Shown here: piece after piece, positions 7,927 through 16,255 of the stretch
Numbering within the stretch: position 1 is the first letter of the stretch
How the letters are laid out: the number at the start of each line of letters is the position of its first letter
Translations under genes and position numbers: made by a program
Notes under the pieces: model-generated
What the model saw: the letters and a program-made list of their open reading frames with translations, nothing else
Database searches by the model: none
What the model was told of the DNA's origin: nothing
Source of the DNA: Lysobacterales bacterium
GTDB lineage: Bacteria > Pseudomonadota > Gammaproteobacteria > Xanthomonadales > Ahniellaceae
Length of the DNA: 64,000 bases
Direction: 5' to 3'
NCBI GenBank assembly: GCA_043753835.1
Contig: JAYUVY010000089.1
Coordinates: forward strand, 6,828 to 70,827

Positions 7927-9513
7927 CTAAAGAAACGCCCGATACGCCGGGTTCGTGGTTTCTTCGACGTAGCTGTAGCCGAGCGCGGCGAGATGCGCGT
8001 CGAAGTCGGTCGCGGAGGCGGCATCGACTTGCACGCCGGCGAGGACGCGGCCGTAGTCGGAGCCGTGGTTGCGGTAGTGGAACAGGCTGATGTTCCAGTC
8101 GGTGCCGATGGCGTCGAGGAATTTCAGCAGCGCACCGCGGCGCTCGGGGAACTCGAAGCGGAACAGGCGCTCGTCGGTGATCGACTGGGCCTTGCCACCG
8201 ACCATGTAGCGCACGTGCAACTTGGCCATTTCGTTACGGCTCAAATCCTCGACCGCGAAGCCGGCATGGCGGATCGAGTCGACGACGGCGTGCCGATCTT
8301 CGCTTGCGGGATCGATGGCCAGACCGACAAAGATGCGTGCTGCGCTGGCGTCGGCGTAGCGGTAGTTGAATTCAGTGACGGCACGGGTGCCGATCACATC
8401 GCAGAAGCGCTTGAAACTGCCGCGTTGCTCGGGAATGGTGACGGCGAGCAGCATCTCGCGTTCGGCACCGAGGTCGGCGCGTTCGGCGACGTGGCGGAGG
8501 CGATCGAAGTTCATGTTGGCGCCGCTGACGATCGCGACGCAGGCCTTGTCCGGTGCGCCATTGGCGTGCAGATACTTCTTCAACCCGGCAATCGCGAGCG
8601 CGCCTGCGGGCTCGGCGACCACGCGCGTATCTTCGAAGACATCCTGGATCGCCGCGCAGATTTCGTCGGTCGAGACCAGCACGACGTCGTCGACCAGATC
8701 GCGCGCGACGCGGAAACTTTCATGTCCAATCTCGCGCACTGCGGCACCATCGGCAAACACGCCGACGCGCGGCAGTCGTACTGGGCGTCCGGCGCGCAAT
8801 GCCGTATGCAAAGTCGGCGCATCCTCGGGTTCGACGCCGATGATGCGGATGTGCGGGTACAGCGCCTTCGCATAGGCGGCGACGCCGGCGATCAAGCCAC
8901 CACCACCGACCGGCACGACGATGCAGTCGATCTCGTCGCCATGGCGTTGACGCAGAATTTCCATCGCAATGGTTCCCTGACCGGCGATCACTTCCGGATC
9001 ATCGAACGGATGCACAAAGCTCATGCCGTGCGCGTGTTCGAGTTCGCGCGCATGCGCATAGGCGGCATCGAAATCGTCGCCATGCAAGACGATTTCACCG
9101 CCGAGATCAGCGACCGATTGGAGCTTGATGCGCGGCGTCGTCGTCGGCATCACGATCACTGCGCGCAGACCGAGCTTGCGTGCCGCGAGCGCAACACCCT
9201 GGGCGTGATTGCCGGCCGAAGCGCAGATCACGCCGCGTGCGCGCGCTGTCGCATCAAGCGATGCGATCTTGTTGAACGCGCCGCGCAGCTTGAACGAGAA
9301 CACCGGTTGCTGGTCTTCGCGCTTGAGCAACACCAGTGCCCCGAGTTTCTTCGACAGCCGCGGCGCGCGCTCCAACGGTGACTCGATCGCGACATCGTAG
9401 ACGCGCGCCTTGAGCACGCGCTGCAGATAATCCGCGCAGACCTGCGTGCGTTGCGGCGCGATGATCGATTTCGCGTCCGCAGGCAGCGGCATGGCGAGCG
9501 CGGATTCGCTCAT
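7927..9513 (-). CDS. ilvA: biosynthetic threonine dehydratase (threonine ammonia-lyase)
   Basis: PLP-lysine motif FSFKLRGAFNK, two C-terminal ACT-like regulatory repeats, and a 4-nt overlap with ilvE. Confidence 0.9.
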   Translation of the reverse strand: MSESALAMPLPADAKSIIAPQRTQVCADYLQRVLKARVYDVAIESPLERAPRLSKKLGALVLLKREDQQPVFSFKLRGAFNKIASLDATARARGVICASAGNHAQGVALAARKLGLRAVIVMPTTTPRIKLQSVADLGGEIVLHGDDFDAAYAHARELEHAHGMSFVHPFDDPEVIAGQGTIAMEILRQRHGDEIDCIVVPVGGGGLIAGVAAYAKALYPHIRIIGVEPEDAPTLHTALRAGRPVRLPRVGVFADGAAVREIGHESFRVARDLVDDVVLVSTDEICAAIQDVFEDTRVVAEPAGALAIAGLKKYLHANGAPDKACVAIVSGANMNFDRLRHVAERADLGAEREMLLAVTIPEQRGSFKRFCDVIGTRAVTEFNYRYADASAARIFVGLAIDPASEDRHAVVDSIRHAGFAVEDLSRNEMAKLHVRYMVGGKAQSITDERLFRFEFPERRGALLKFLDAIGTDWNISLFHYRNHGSDYGRVLAGVQVDAASATDFDAHLAALGYSYVEETTNPAYRAFL

Positions 9514-10484
9514 GCCAGCGCCGTATTCAAGTCGTGCTCGACTTCAATCTCGCCGCCACCGACATGATCGAGCCAGCCCCAGGCGTCATGCGTGCGGCCG
9601 TCGAACAGGCCGAAGAACGCGTCCTGCAACTCGCGCGTGATCGCGCCGCGCACGCCCTCGCCGATGGTGAGGCCGTCGATGGATCGGATCGGCGTGACCT
9701 CGCACGCGGTGCCGGTGAAGAAGGCTTCGTCGCAGACATACAGCGCTTCGCGCGGCATGGCTTGTTCACGCACTTCGTAGCCGAGCGCGCGTGCCAGCTG
9801 GATGATGGTGTCGCGGGTGATGCCGGCGAGAATGGCTGCGCTAGCCGGCGGCGTGTAGAGAATGCCGCGCTTGACCAGGAACAGGTTCTCGCCGCCACCT
9901 TCGCTCAACATGCCATCGACGCCGAGCGCGATGCCTTCGTGGTAGCCGTGGCGCACGGCTTCCATGCTGATCTGCTGGCTGTTCAGATAATTGCCGCCGG
10001 CCTTGGCCGACACCGGCAAGGTATTCGGCGCCGGTCGCTGCCACGACGAGATGCAGGCATCGACGCCGTTCTCGAGACTCTCCGCACCCAAATACGCCGC
10101 CATCTCGGTGGCAGCAATCGCGACTTCGATCGGCGAATCAGCCTTCGGTGCCAGTGAATAGCCGCACATGCCACGGAACGCGATCGGACGCAGATAGGCG
10201 CCGCCGGTCAGACGATTGTTGCGCACGATCTGGCGGCAGGCATCGTGCAATTCGGCCATTCGATACGGAATGCGCATGCGATGGATGCGCGCCGACTCGT
10301 AAAGGCGCTCGAGATGATCGGTCAGCCGGAAGATCGCCGTGCCTTTCGGCGTCGTATACGCGCGGATGCCTTCGAACACCGAGGAACCGTAGTGCAGGCC
10401 ATGGGTCAGCACGTGCACTTTCGCGTCCTGCCACGGGACGAAGTGACCGTTGTGCCAGATGTATTGGGAAGGTTTGAAGGACAT
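9510..10484 (-). CDS. ilvE: branched-chain amino-acid aminotransferase
   Basis: IWHNGHFVPWQDAKVHVLTHGLHYGSSVFEGIRAY and the full class IV aminotransferase length. Confidence 0.9.
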   Translation of the reverse strand: MSFKPSQYIWHNGHFVPWQDAKVHVLTHGLHYGSSVFEGIRAYTTPKGTAIFRLTDHLERLYESARIHRMRIPYRMAELHDACRQIVRNNRLTGGAYLRPIAFRGMCGYSLAPKADSPIEVAIAATEMAAYLGAESLENGVDACISSWQRPAPNTLPVSAKAGGNYLNSQQISMEAVRHGYHEGIALGVDGMLSEGGGENLFLVKRGILYTPPASAAILAGITRDTIIQLARALGYEVREQAMPREALYVCDEAFFTGTACEVTPIRSIDGLTIGEGVRGAITRELQDAFFGLFDGRTHDAWGWLDHVGGGEIEVEHDLNTALA

Positions 10485-10511
10485 GGCGGAGGATTCCTTG
10501 GTGACTTGTAA

Positions 10512-10784
10512 TCAGGCAGCCGCAGCGATCTGCTGCAGGCGACGTGGTGCGGCTTCGGTATCGAGGAAACCGACGACGTCATAGAGTTTTTCGACCTGGC
10601 GTTTCAGCGTGCCGACATCGCGCGCCGAGTTCAGTTGCATCAGCACGATCCAAGTGTCGGCATCGCGTGGCTGTGTCGACAAGCCGGCGATCTCGAAACC
10701 GCGACGCTGTACCGTGCCGAGCAATCGCAACAAGGCGCCTTCGCTGCGGCTCAGGACCAGTCCCAGTGCGTGTTGGTCGTTCAT
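10512..10784 (-). CDS. ilvM: acetolactate synthase small (regulatory, ACT-domain) subunit, IlvM-like
   Basis: The internal ATG at 10784 follows AGGAGA. The 90-aa protein has GALLRLLGTVQRRGFEIAGL, resembling E. coli IlvM (LERVLRVVRHRGFHVCSM). Confidence 0.7.
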   Translation of the reverse strand: MNDQHALGLVLSRSEGALLRLLGTVQRRGFEIAGLSTQPRDADTWIVLMQLNSARDVGTLKRQVEKLYDVVGFLDTEAAPRRLQQIAAAA

Positions 10785-10821
10785 GCTGCTTTCTCCTGTG
10801 ATCTTGAATTTTTTTCGAAAC

Positions 10822-10860
10822 CCCAAAACGCGAAACCCCCGCTTCCTTCCGGAGCGGGGG
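10822..10860 (-). terminator. attenuator terminator downstream of ilv leader peptide 1
   Basis: Minus-strand RNA reads CCCCCGCUCC-GGAA-GGAAGCGGGGG followed by UUUCGCGUUUU. The left arm is perfectly complementary (8 nt) to GGAGCGGG inside the leader ORF. Confidence 0.7.
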
Positions 10861-10894
10861 TTTCGGTTGCGTCCTGATTGGGTTGCTTATTGCA

Positions 10895-11035
10895 TCAGGT
10901 CAAGCACTCGTCCCGCTCCGTTAAGGGCGTAATAAGTACGAGTACGAGCGCTACGAGCTTGCCGCCCGCGAACGCGACCGACGACACCGTGGCGGTGTTC
11001 GCGATCAAAGCGTTGCGGGTGGGGTTGTTCATCAT
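10895..11035 (-). CDS. ilv leader peptide 1 (46 aa, Leu/Val/Ile-rich)
   Basis: Hand translation: MMNNPTRNALIANTATVSSVAFAGGKLVALVLVLITPLTERDECLT-stop. The KLVALVLVLIT codon run sits about 20 nt upstream of the antiterminator segment. It is too short for the ORF track. Confidence 0.65.
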   Translation of the reverse strand: MMNNPTRNALIANTATVSSVAFAGGKLVALVLVLITPLTERDECLT

Positions 11036-11042
11036 GGCTCCG

Positions 11043-11072
11043 AAACTAGACGGCTTGTACTGGAGCTGTCAA
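11043..11072 (-). promoter_or_regulatory. sigma-70-like promoter directly in front of leader peptide 1
   Basis: Minus strand: TTGACA-18 nt-TAGTTT-cggagcc-ATG. The layout matches that upstream of leader 2, and the 10 nt after the -35 element are conserved (CTCCAGnAC). Confidence 0.5.
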
Positions 11073-11140
11073 GCCTTCATGCGAAATCGTCATATGGCCG
11101 TTACTGCACACATGGCGTGCTGCTCCGAACCGAATCGATT

Positions 11141-12820
11141 TCACGACACCTTGTCCTCGATCATTTGTGCATTGGACTTGCCGGGGGGGACGAGCGGCCA
11201 GACGTTGGCTTTCGCATCGATCTTCACGTGCAGCAGGAACGAACCTTCCACCGCGAGCAGTTCGCGTAGCGCGGGTTCGACCTGATCGCGGCGCTCGATC
11301 GTCGCTGCGGGAATGCGGAAGGCACGCGCCACTTGCGCGAAGTCCGGGTTGTCGGACAGATCGACTTCGCTGTAGCGCTCGCCGAAGAACAGCCCCTGCC
11401 ACTGACGCACCATGCCGAGGCCGGCGTTGTCGAGCAGCACGATCTTCACCGCGATGCCGTAGCGATGCAGGGTGGCGAGTTCCTGGATGTTCATCATGAT
11501 CGAACCATCGCCGCTGACGCAGACCACGGTCGCTTGCGGGCAGGCGAGCTTCGCGCCGATTGCGGCCGGCAGGCCAAAGCCCATGGTGCCGAGGCCGCCG
11601 CTGGTCAGATGATTGCTGATGCGCGCGAAGCGGCAATGTTGCGCCACCCACATCTGGTGTTGGCCGACGTCGCAGCTGATGATCATCTCCGGGCCGCCGA
11701 GATCGGACAACTGCCTTAGCAGCAGCGGTGCGTAGATGTCTTCGCCGGGCGCGTCGTAACGCCATTCGTGACGCGCGCGCAGTTCCATGCAGTGGGTACG
11801 CCAGGCACCGATCAGCAGTGGCATCGCCAGTGCATCGAGGCTACGCGACAAATCGCCGAGCAGGGCCACATCGGCACGCCGCAACTTGCTGATTTCGGCA
11901 CCGTCGGCATCGAGATGGATGACCTTGGCCTTCGGCGCGAACGTGTCCAGCTTTCCGGTGGCGCGATCATCGAAGCGCGCACCGATGCAGATCAGCAGGT
12001 CGGCTTCATCAACAGCGAAATTCGCAGCCTGGTTGCCGTGCATGCCGAGCATGCCGAGGAACAGTTCGTCATTGGCATCGATGCCGCCGAGGCCTTTCAG
12101 CGTGCACACCGCCGGTGCGCGCGTTGCGGCATGAAAGCGTTGCAGCGCCGCTTCAGCACGCGCCATGCCGACACCACCGCCGGCATAGATCACCGGGCGC
12201 TTGGCCTGTGCGAGCAGGCTGCGCGCCAGTGCGATGTCATTGCCGTGCGCGGCGCCCGGGTGCTGTGCAATGCGCGTGGCCGGCCGTGCTGCCGACTTCG
12301 CCACCGTCACATCCTTGGGCAGATCGATCAGCACCGGCCCGGGTCGACCTTCGGATGCAATCGCAAAGGCTTCGCGCACGGTCGCGACGATGTCCTCGGC
12401 GCGCCGCACGATGAAGCTGTGCTTGACGATCGGCAGGGTCATGCCGAACACGTCGACCTCCTGGAACGCATCCGTACCCATCAGGAAGGTCGGCACCTGG
12501 CCGGTAATCGCGACCATCGGCACCGAGTCCAGATAGGCATCGGCGATGCCCGTCAGCAGGTTCGTGGCGCCAGGGCCACTGGTCGCCATGCACACGCCGA
12601 CGCGACCGCTGGCGCGTGCATAGCCGACGGCGGCGAGCGCCGCACCCTGTTCGTGACGCACCAGGATGTGGCGCAGTTTCGACCCGACGAGCGCGTCGTA
12701 GACCGGCATGATCGCGCCGCCCGGATAGCCGAACAGCGTGTCCACGCCTTCCTGCTCGAGCGCATGCACCAACCACTGTGCACCGGAGCGGATATCGTCT
12801 TGGTCAGGTTCGCGCGTCAT
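11141..12820 (-). CDS. ilvG: acetolactate synthase (AHAS) large catalytic subunit
   Basis: Internal start gives [44 protein letters not shown]. It carries the ThDP motif [16 protein letters not shown]...[14 protein letters not shown]. The symbol is tentative and based on the IlvM-like partner. Confidence 0.88.
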   Translation of the reverse strand: MTREPDQDDIRSGAQWLVHALEQEGVDTLFGYPGGAIMPVYDALVGSKLRHILVRHEQGAALAAVGYARASGRVGVCMATSGPGATNLLTGIADAYLDSVPMVAITGQVPTFLMGTDAFQEVDVFGMTLPIVKHSFIVRRAEDIVATVREAFAIASEGRPGPVLIDLPKDVTVAKSAARPATRIAQHPGAAHGNDIALARSLLAQAKRPVIYAGGGVGMARAEAALQRFHAATRAPAVCTLKGLGGIDANDELFLGMLGMHGNQAANFAVDEADLLICIGARFDDRATGKLDTFAPKAKVIHLDADGAEISKLRRADVALLGDLSRSLDALAMPLLIGAWRTHCMELRARHEWRYDAPGEDIYAPLLLRQLSDLGGPEMIISCDVGQHQMWVAQHCRFARISNHLTSGGLGTMGFGLPAAIGAKLACPQATVVCVSGDGSIMMNIQELATLHRYGIAVKIVLLDNAGLGMVRQWQGLFFGERYSEVDLSDNPDFAQVARAFRIPAATIERRDQVEPALRELLAVEGSFLLHVKIDAKANVWPLVPPGKSNAQMIEDKVS

Positions 12821-12831
12821 GGTGTCGATGC

Positions 12832-13872
12832 TCAGGCCGTTGCGGTTTCGGGTTTTGCCAGTGCCGCAGTGCCCGGTGTCGCGGCCGTCGCTGCGCGCTT
12901 GCCGGGATCGAGCCAGGGCATGCGCGCACGCAGGCGGGCGCCGACCACTTCGATCGGATGGTCGAGATCGGCCTGCTTCATCGCGTTGTAGTTCGTGTAG
13001 CCGGACTTGTATTCGGCGACCCATTCGCGCGCGAACTGACCAGACTGGATCTCGCGCAGGATTTCGCGCATGCGTTCGCGCGTGCCGGCGTCGATGATGC
13101 GTGGGCCGCGGGTCAGGTCACCGTATTGGGCGGTCTCGCTGATGAAACGATGCATCTTGGCCATGCCGCCTTCGTGCAGCAGGTCGACGATCAATTTCAG
13201 TTCGTGCATGCATTCGAAGTAGGCGACTTCCGGTTGATAGCCGGCTTCGACCAGGGTTTCAAAACCCTGTGCCACCAGTTCGGTGACGCCGCCGCACAAC
13301 ACCGCCTGTTCGCCGAACAGGTCGGTCTCGGTCTCTTCGGCAAAGCTCGTCGTGATCAAGCCGCCGCGCGCGCCGCCGATGCCGTGTGCATAGGCCTGTG
13401 CGCGCGTCAGCGCCTGGCCGGAAACGTCCTTGTGCACGGCGACCAGGCAGGGCACGCCATGGCCGGACTCAAATTCGCGACGGACCAGCGCACCCGGGCC
13501 TTTCGGTGCGACCAGGATCACGTCCCATTTGTCGTCGGTGTGGATCTGCTTGAAGTGGATGTTGAAGCCGTGCGCGAACAGCAGCGCGCCGCCAGGTTTG
13601 AAGTTCGGCGCGATGGCATCTTCGAACACTTTCGGTTGCTGCATGTCCGGGGTCAGCAGGGCGATCAGGTCGGCCTGGGCTGCCGCTTCCGCGGGTTCAA
13701 AGGGACGCAGGGCGTCATCCAAGGCCTTGTGCCAGCTCGGGCCGTCCTTGCGCGCGCCGACGATGACGTTGAAGCCGGAGTCACGCAGGTTCAGCGCATG
13801 CGCGCGCCCCTGGCTGCCGTAGCCGATGATGGCGATGGTTTGTTCTTTCAGCGGTGCGGTGATCGGGCTCAT
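12832..13872 (-). CDS. ilvC: ketol-acid reductoisomerase
   Basis: The internal ATG at 13872 follows [29 protein letters not shown] Rossmann motif; class I KARI length. Confidence 0.9.
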   Translation of the reverse strand: MSPITAPLKEQTIAIIGYGSQGRAHALNLRDSGFNVIVGARKDGPSWHKALDDALRPFEPAEAAAQADLIALLTPDMQQPKVFEDAIAPNFKPGGALLFAHGFNIHFKQIHTDDKWDVILVAPKGPGALVRREFESGHGVPCLVAVHKDVSGQALTRAQAYAHGIGGARGGLITTSFAEETETDLFGEQAVLCGGVTELVAQGFETLVEAGYQPEVAYFECMHELKLIVDLLHEGGMAKMHRFISETAQYGDLTRGPRIIDAGTRERMREILREIQSGQFAREWVAEYKSGYTNYNAMKQADLDHPIEVVGARLRARMPWLDPGKRAATAATPGTAALAKPETATA

Positions 13873-13991
13873 GTGGTTCTCCTTTGGATTGACGTTATGG
13901 GTTTCGAATTTGAATCTGAAATTGCACTGGTTCGCTATTGGCTTGTCTCCCTCCCTTCGCAAAGCGAGGGGAGGGCCGGGGTGGGGTCGCT

Positions 13992-15635
13992 CTAGGGTCG
14001 TGTAATCGCGCCCTCCGAAGCCGATCCGACCAGTCGTGCATATTTCGCGAGCACGCCATGGGTGGCGCGCGGGGGCAGGGTGTGTGCGGTGCGCGCCGAC
14101 AAGTCGGACAGACAATCGAGACGACGCGCATCGACATCGATGCGCACGATATCGCCGTCGCGCAATTGCGCGATCGGTCCACCGCGCGCCGCTTCCGGCG
14201 AGATATGGCCGACCATCAAGCCGTGCGTGGCGCCACTGAAGCGACCGTCGGTGATCAGTGCGACTTCGGCACCGAGGCCACGGCCCATCAATGCTGCGGT
14301 GACCGCCAGCATCTCCGGCATGCCCGGCGCGCCAGCCGGACCTTCATGGCGGATCACGACGACATCGCCGGCCTGGATCGCACCAGCCTGCACCGCCGCG
14401 AATGCGGCCGGTTCGCCGTCGAACACGCGGGCCGGACCTTCATGTTGCATGCGGCCATGGCCGGCGAGCTTGACGACGCAGCCTTCCGGCGCCAGCGATC
14501 CGCGCAAGATCGCGAAACCGCCGCGCGGTTTCAGTGGCTGTGTCATCGGAAACACGACCGGTTCCGGCTGCGCGCCGAGTTCGATCTCCGACAACAGCTG
14601 CAACATCGACGCGCCTTCCACGGTCGGGTGGTCTTCAAGCACACCGCCGTCCTTCAGCATCTGCGCGACGCGCGTGGTGCCACCGGCGGCCGACAGTTCG
14701 ATTGCGGTATAGCGACCGCCCGGCTTCAGATCGGCGATGACCGGTGTGGCCGCTGCAATCGTGTCGAAGTCGTCGATCGACAGCGGCACCTGGGCCTCAA
14801 ACGCGATCGCGAGCAGGTGCAGCACGGCATTGGTCGAACCGGCGGTGGCGGCGACCAGGCGCGCCGCATTGCGGAATGCGGCCGCGGTCAGCGCCTGACG
14901 CGGCGTGAAGTTGCGGGCGATGCAGTCCATCACCAGCTTGCCGCAGTCTTCACCTGCGCGCGGTCGATCGGCGTGGATCGCCGGCAGATCGTTGGCACCG
15001 AGTGGCGACAGGCCGAGTGCGGTGATCACCATCGCCATCGTGTTCGCAGTGAACTGGCCGCCGCAGGCGCCAGCGCCGGGGCAGGCGCTCTTCTCCACGG
15101 CAAGCAGTTCGGCATCGTCGATCTTGCCGGCCGAATGCGCGCCGACGGCTTCGAACACGTCTTGAATCGTGATCGATTTGCCGTGGTGTACGCCATGGGC
15201 AATGCTGCCGCCATACAGCAGCACCGACGGAATGTTCAGGCGTGCTGCGGCCATCGCCGCAGCCGGGATGGTCTTGTCGCAGCCGCACAGGATCACCATC
15301 GCGTCGAGGCTGTGACCGTCGACGGCGAGCTCGATCGAGTCGGTGATCCAGTCGCGCGACACCAGCGACGCACGCATGCCGGCGGTGCCCATGGCGATGC
15401 CGTCGGTCACCGCGATGGTGTTGAACTCGATCGCGGTGCCGCCGTTTGCTTCGACACCACGACGCACATGCTGGGCCAGCGCGCGCAGGGTGAAATTGCA
15501 CGGCGACACGTCGGACCAGGAATGCACGATCGCCACGAAAGGTTTGGCAATCGCGGCGTCATCGCGTCCGGTCGCGCGCAGCATGGCGCGTGCCGGGGCG
15601 TGGTCGGGTCCGTGCTTGATGGCATTGCTACGCAT
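13992..15635 (-). CDS. ilvD: dihydroxy-acid dehydratase
   Basis: [23 protein letters not shown]...[20 protein letters not shown]...[15 protein letters not shown] are IlvD/Edd family signatures. Confidence 0.9.
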   Translation of the reverse strand: MRSNAIKHGPDHAPARAMLRATGRDDAAIAKPFVAIVHSWSDVSPCNFTLRALAQHVRRGVEANGGTAIEFNTIAVTDGIAMGTAGMRASLVSRDWITDSIELAVDGHSLDAMVILCGCDKTIPAAAMAAARLNIPSVLLYGGSIAHGVHHGKSITIQDVFEAVGAHSAGKIDDAELLAVEKSACPGAGACGGQFTANTMAMVITALGLSPLGANDLPAIHADRPRAGEDCGKLVMDCIARNFTPRQALTAAAFRNAARLVAATAGSTNAVLHLLAIAFEAQVPLSIDDFDTIAAATPVIADLKPGGRYTAIELSAAGGTTRVAQMLKDGGVLEDHPTVEGASMLQLLSEIELGAQPEPVVFPMTQPLKPRGGFAILRGSLAPEGCVVKLAGHGRMQHEGPARVFDGEPAAFAAVQAGAIQAGDVVVIRHEGPAGAPGMPEMLAVTAALMGRGLGAEVALITDGRFSGATHGLMVGHISPEAARGGPIAQLRDGDIVRIDVDARRLDCLSDLSARTAHTLPPRATHGVLAKYARLVGSASEGAITRP

Positions 15636-15670
15636 CCAAAATTCCCTAGTTAGCGAAATCCGGACCCCAT

Positions 15671-15705
15671 GAACGCGAAAACCCCGCTTCCGTTAGGACG
15701 CGGGG
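15671..15705 (-). terminator. attenuator terminator downstream of ilv leader peptide 2
   Basis: Minus-strand RNA reads CCCCGCGUCC-UAAC-GGAAGCGGGG followed by UUUUCGCGUUC. It lies about 35 nt upstream of the ilvD ATG. Confidence 0.7.
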
Positions 15706-15737
15706 TTTTCGTGGAGTCCTGATTTCTTCGTCTTACA

Positions 15738-15887
15738 TCAGGTCAAGCACTCATCCCGCTCGGAGTGGGCGTGAAGTACTACGGTAATAAGTACAAGCTT
15801 CGCAAGCAGCGCATTGATCCACCCGAACAGCGACAGCGCCGGTGCGGCGTTGCTGCTTGCATTCGTATTGGTGGCTGCGGTCTGCAT
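15738..15887 (-). CDS. ilv leader peptide 2 (49 aa), paralogue of leader 1
   Basis: Hand translation: MQTAATNTNASSNAAPALSLFGWINALLAKLVLITVVLHAHSERDECLT-stop. It has the same ERDECLT end and the same cctgat...atcagg hairpin overlapping the stop codon as leader 1. Confidence 0.65.
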   Translation of the reverse strand: MQTAATNTNASSNAAPALSLFGWINALLAKLVLITVVLHAHSERDECLT

Positions 15888-15894
15888 GTGCTCG

Positions 15895-15924
15895 AAGCTA
15901 GTTGGGGAGTTCTGGAGTTGTCAA
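15895..15924 (-). promoter_or_regulatory. sigma-70-like promoter directly in front of leader peptide 2
   Basis: Minus strand: TTGACA-18 nt-TAGCTT-cgagcac-ATG. Confidence 0.5.
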
Positions 15925-15997
15925 GCCCAAATTTGCGCAGTGCATCAAACGAGCTGCGCGAGACCGACCACATACCGATCCGTCATGTCGACTGCGC

Positions 15998-16027
15998 TTG
16001 ACAGCTCGCAATTTTCCGTGCGAGCTT
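15998..16027 (+). promoter_or_regulatory. candidate promoter in front of the leu leader ORF
   Basis: TTGACA-18 nt-GAGCTT-cgggtc-ATG. The spacing matches the two ilv cassettes, but the -10 element is weak. Confidence 0.35.
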
Positions 16028-16033
16028 CGGGTC

Positions 16034-16159
16034 ATGTTCATCGCATCGCACCCCGACCTGCACCTGCCGCGCATCACGGCGCGCATGGTCGTATGCGTAT
16101 CCGTACTTGGCCTGCTTCTTATGCCGCCCACATCGCGGGAAGGTGCAGCTGCAGGCTAG
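16034..16159 (+). CDS. candidate leu operon leader peptide (41 aa)
   Basis: MFIASHPDLHLPRITARMVVCVSVLGLLLMPPTSREGAAAG-stop (the last 41 codons of ORF 15902..16159). A VLGLLL run precedes CGCGGG, which mimics the right arm of the downstream terminator. Confidence 0.45.
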   Translation: MFIASHPDLHLPRITARMVVCVSVLGLLLMPPTSREGAAAG

Positions 16160-16188
16160 AACAACAGCACAGTGACAAAACACCAGAA

Positions 16189-16220
16189 CCCCGCGCCGGC
16201 AACGACGCGGGGTTTTTTTT
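16189..16220 (+). terminator. attenuator terminator upstream of leuA
   Basis: ccccgcg-ccggcaacga-cgcgggg followed by tttttttt. It ends 36 nt before the leuA ATG. Confidence 0.8.
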
Positions 16221-16255
16221 CGCCCTGATTCGACGTAAGCACCCAAGGACGTGAC

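Noticed and set aside
7519-9381. 620-aa ORF on the plus strand
   Set aside because: It is entirely antisense to ilvA. The composition is Arg/Ala/Gly/Asp-rich and low-complexity, typical of shadow ORFs in high-GC DNA. ilvA on the other strand has unmistakable motifs.
11768-15653. Long plus-strand ORFs (407, 405 and 571 aa) across the ilv genes
   Set aside because: They are antisense to ilvG, ilvC and ilvD, all of which have strong family signatures. These are shadow ORFs.
15931-15960. Inverted repeat tgcgcag-N13-ctgcgcg between the divergent ilv and leu leader promoters as a regulator binding site
   Set aside because: It is only 6-7 bp of GC-rich complementarity, which is expected by chance in DNA of this composition. 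No matching repeat lies near the internal ilv cassette.
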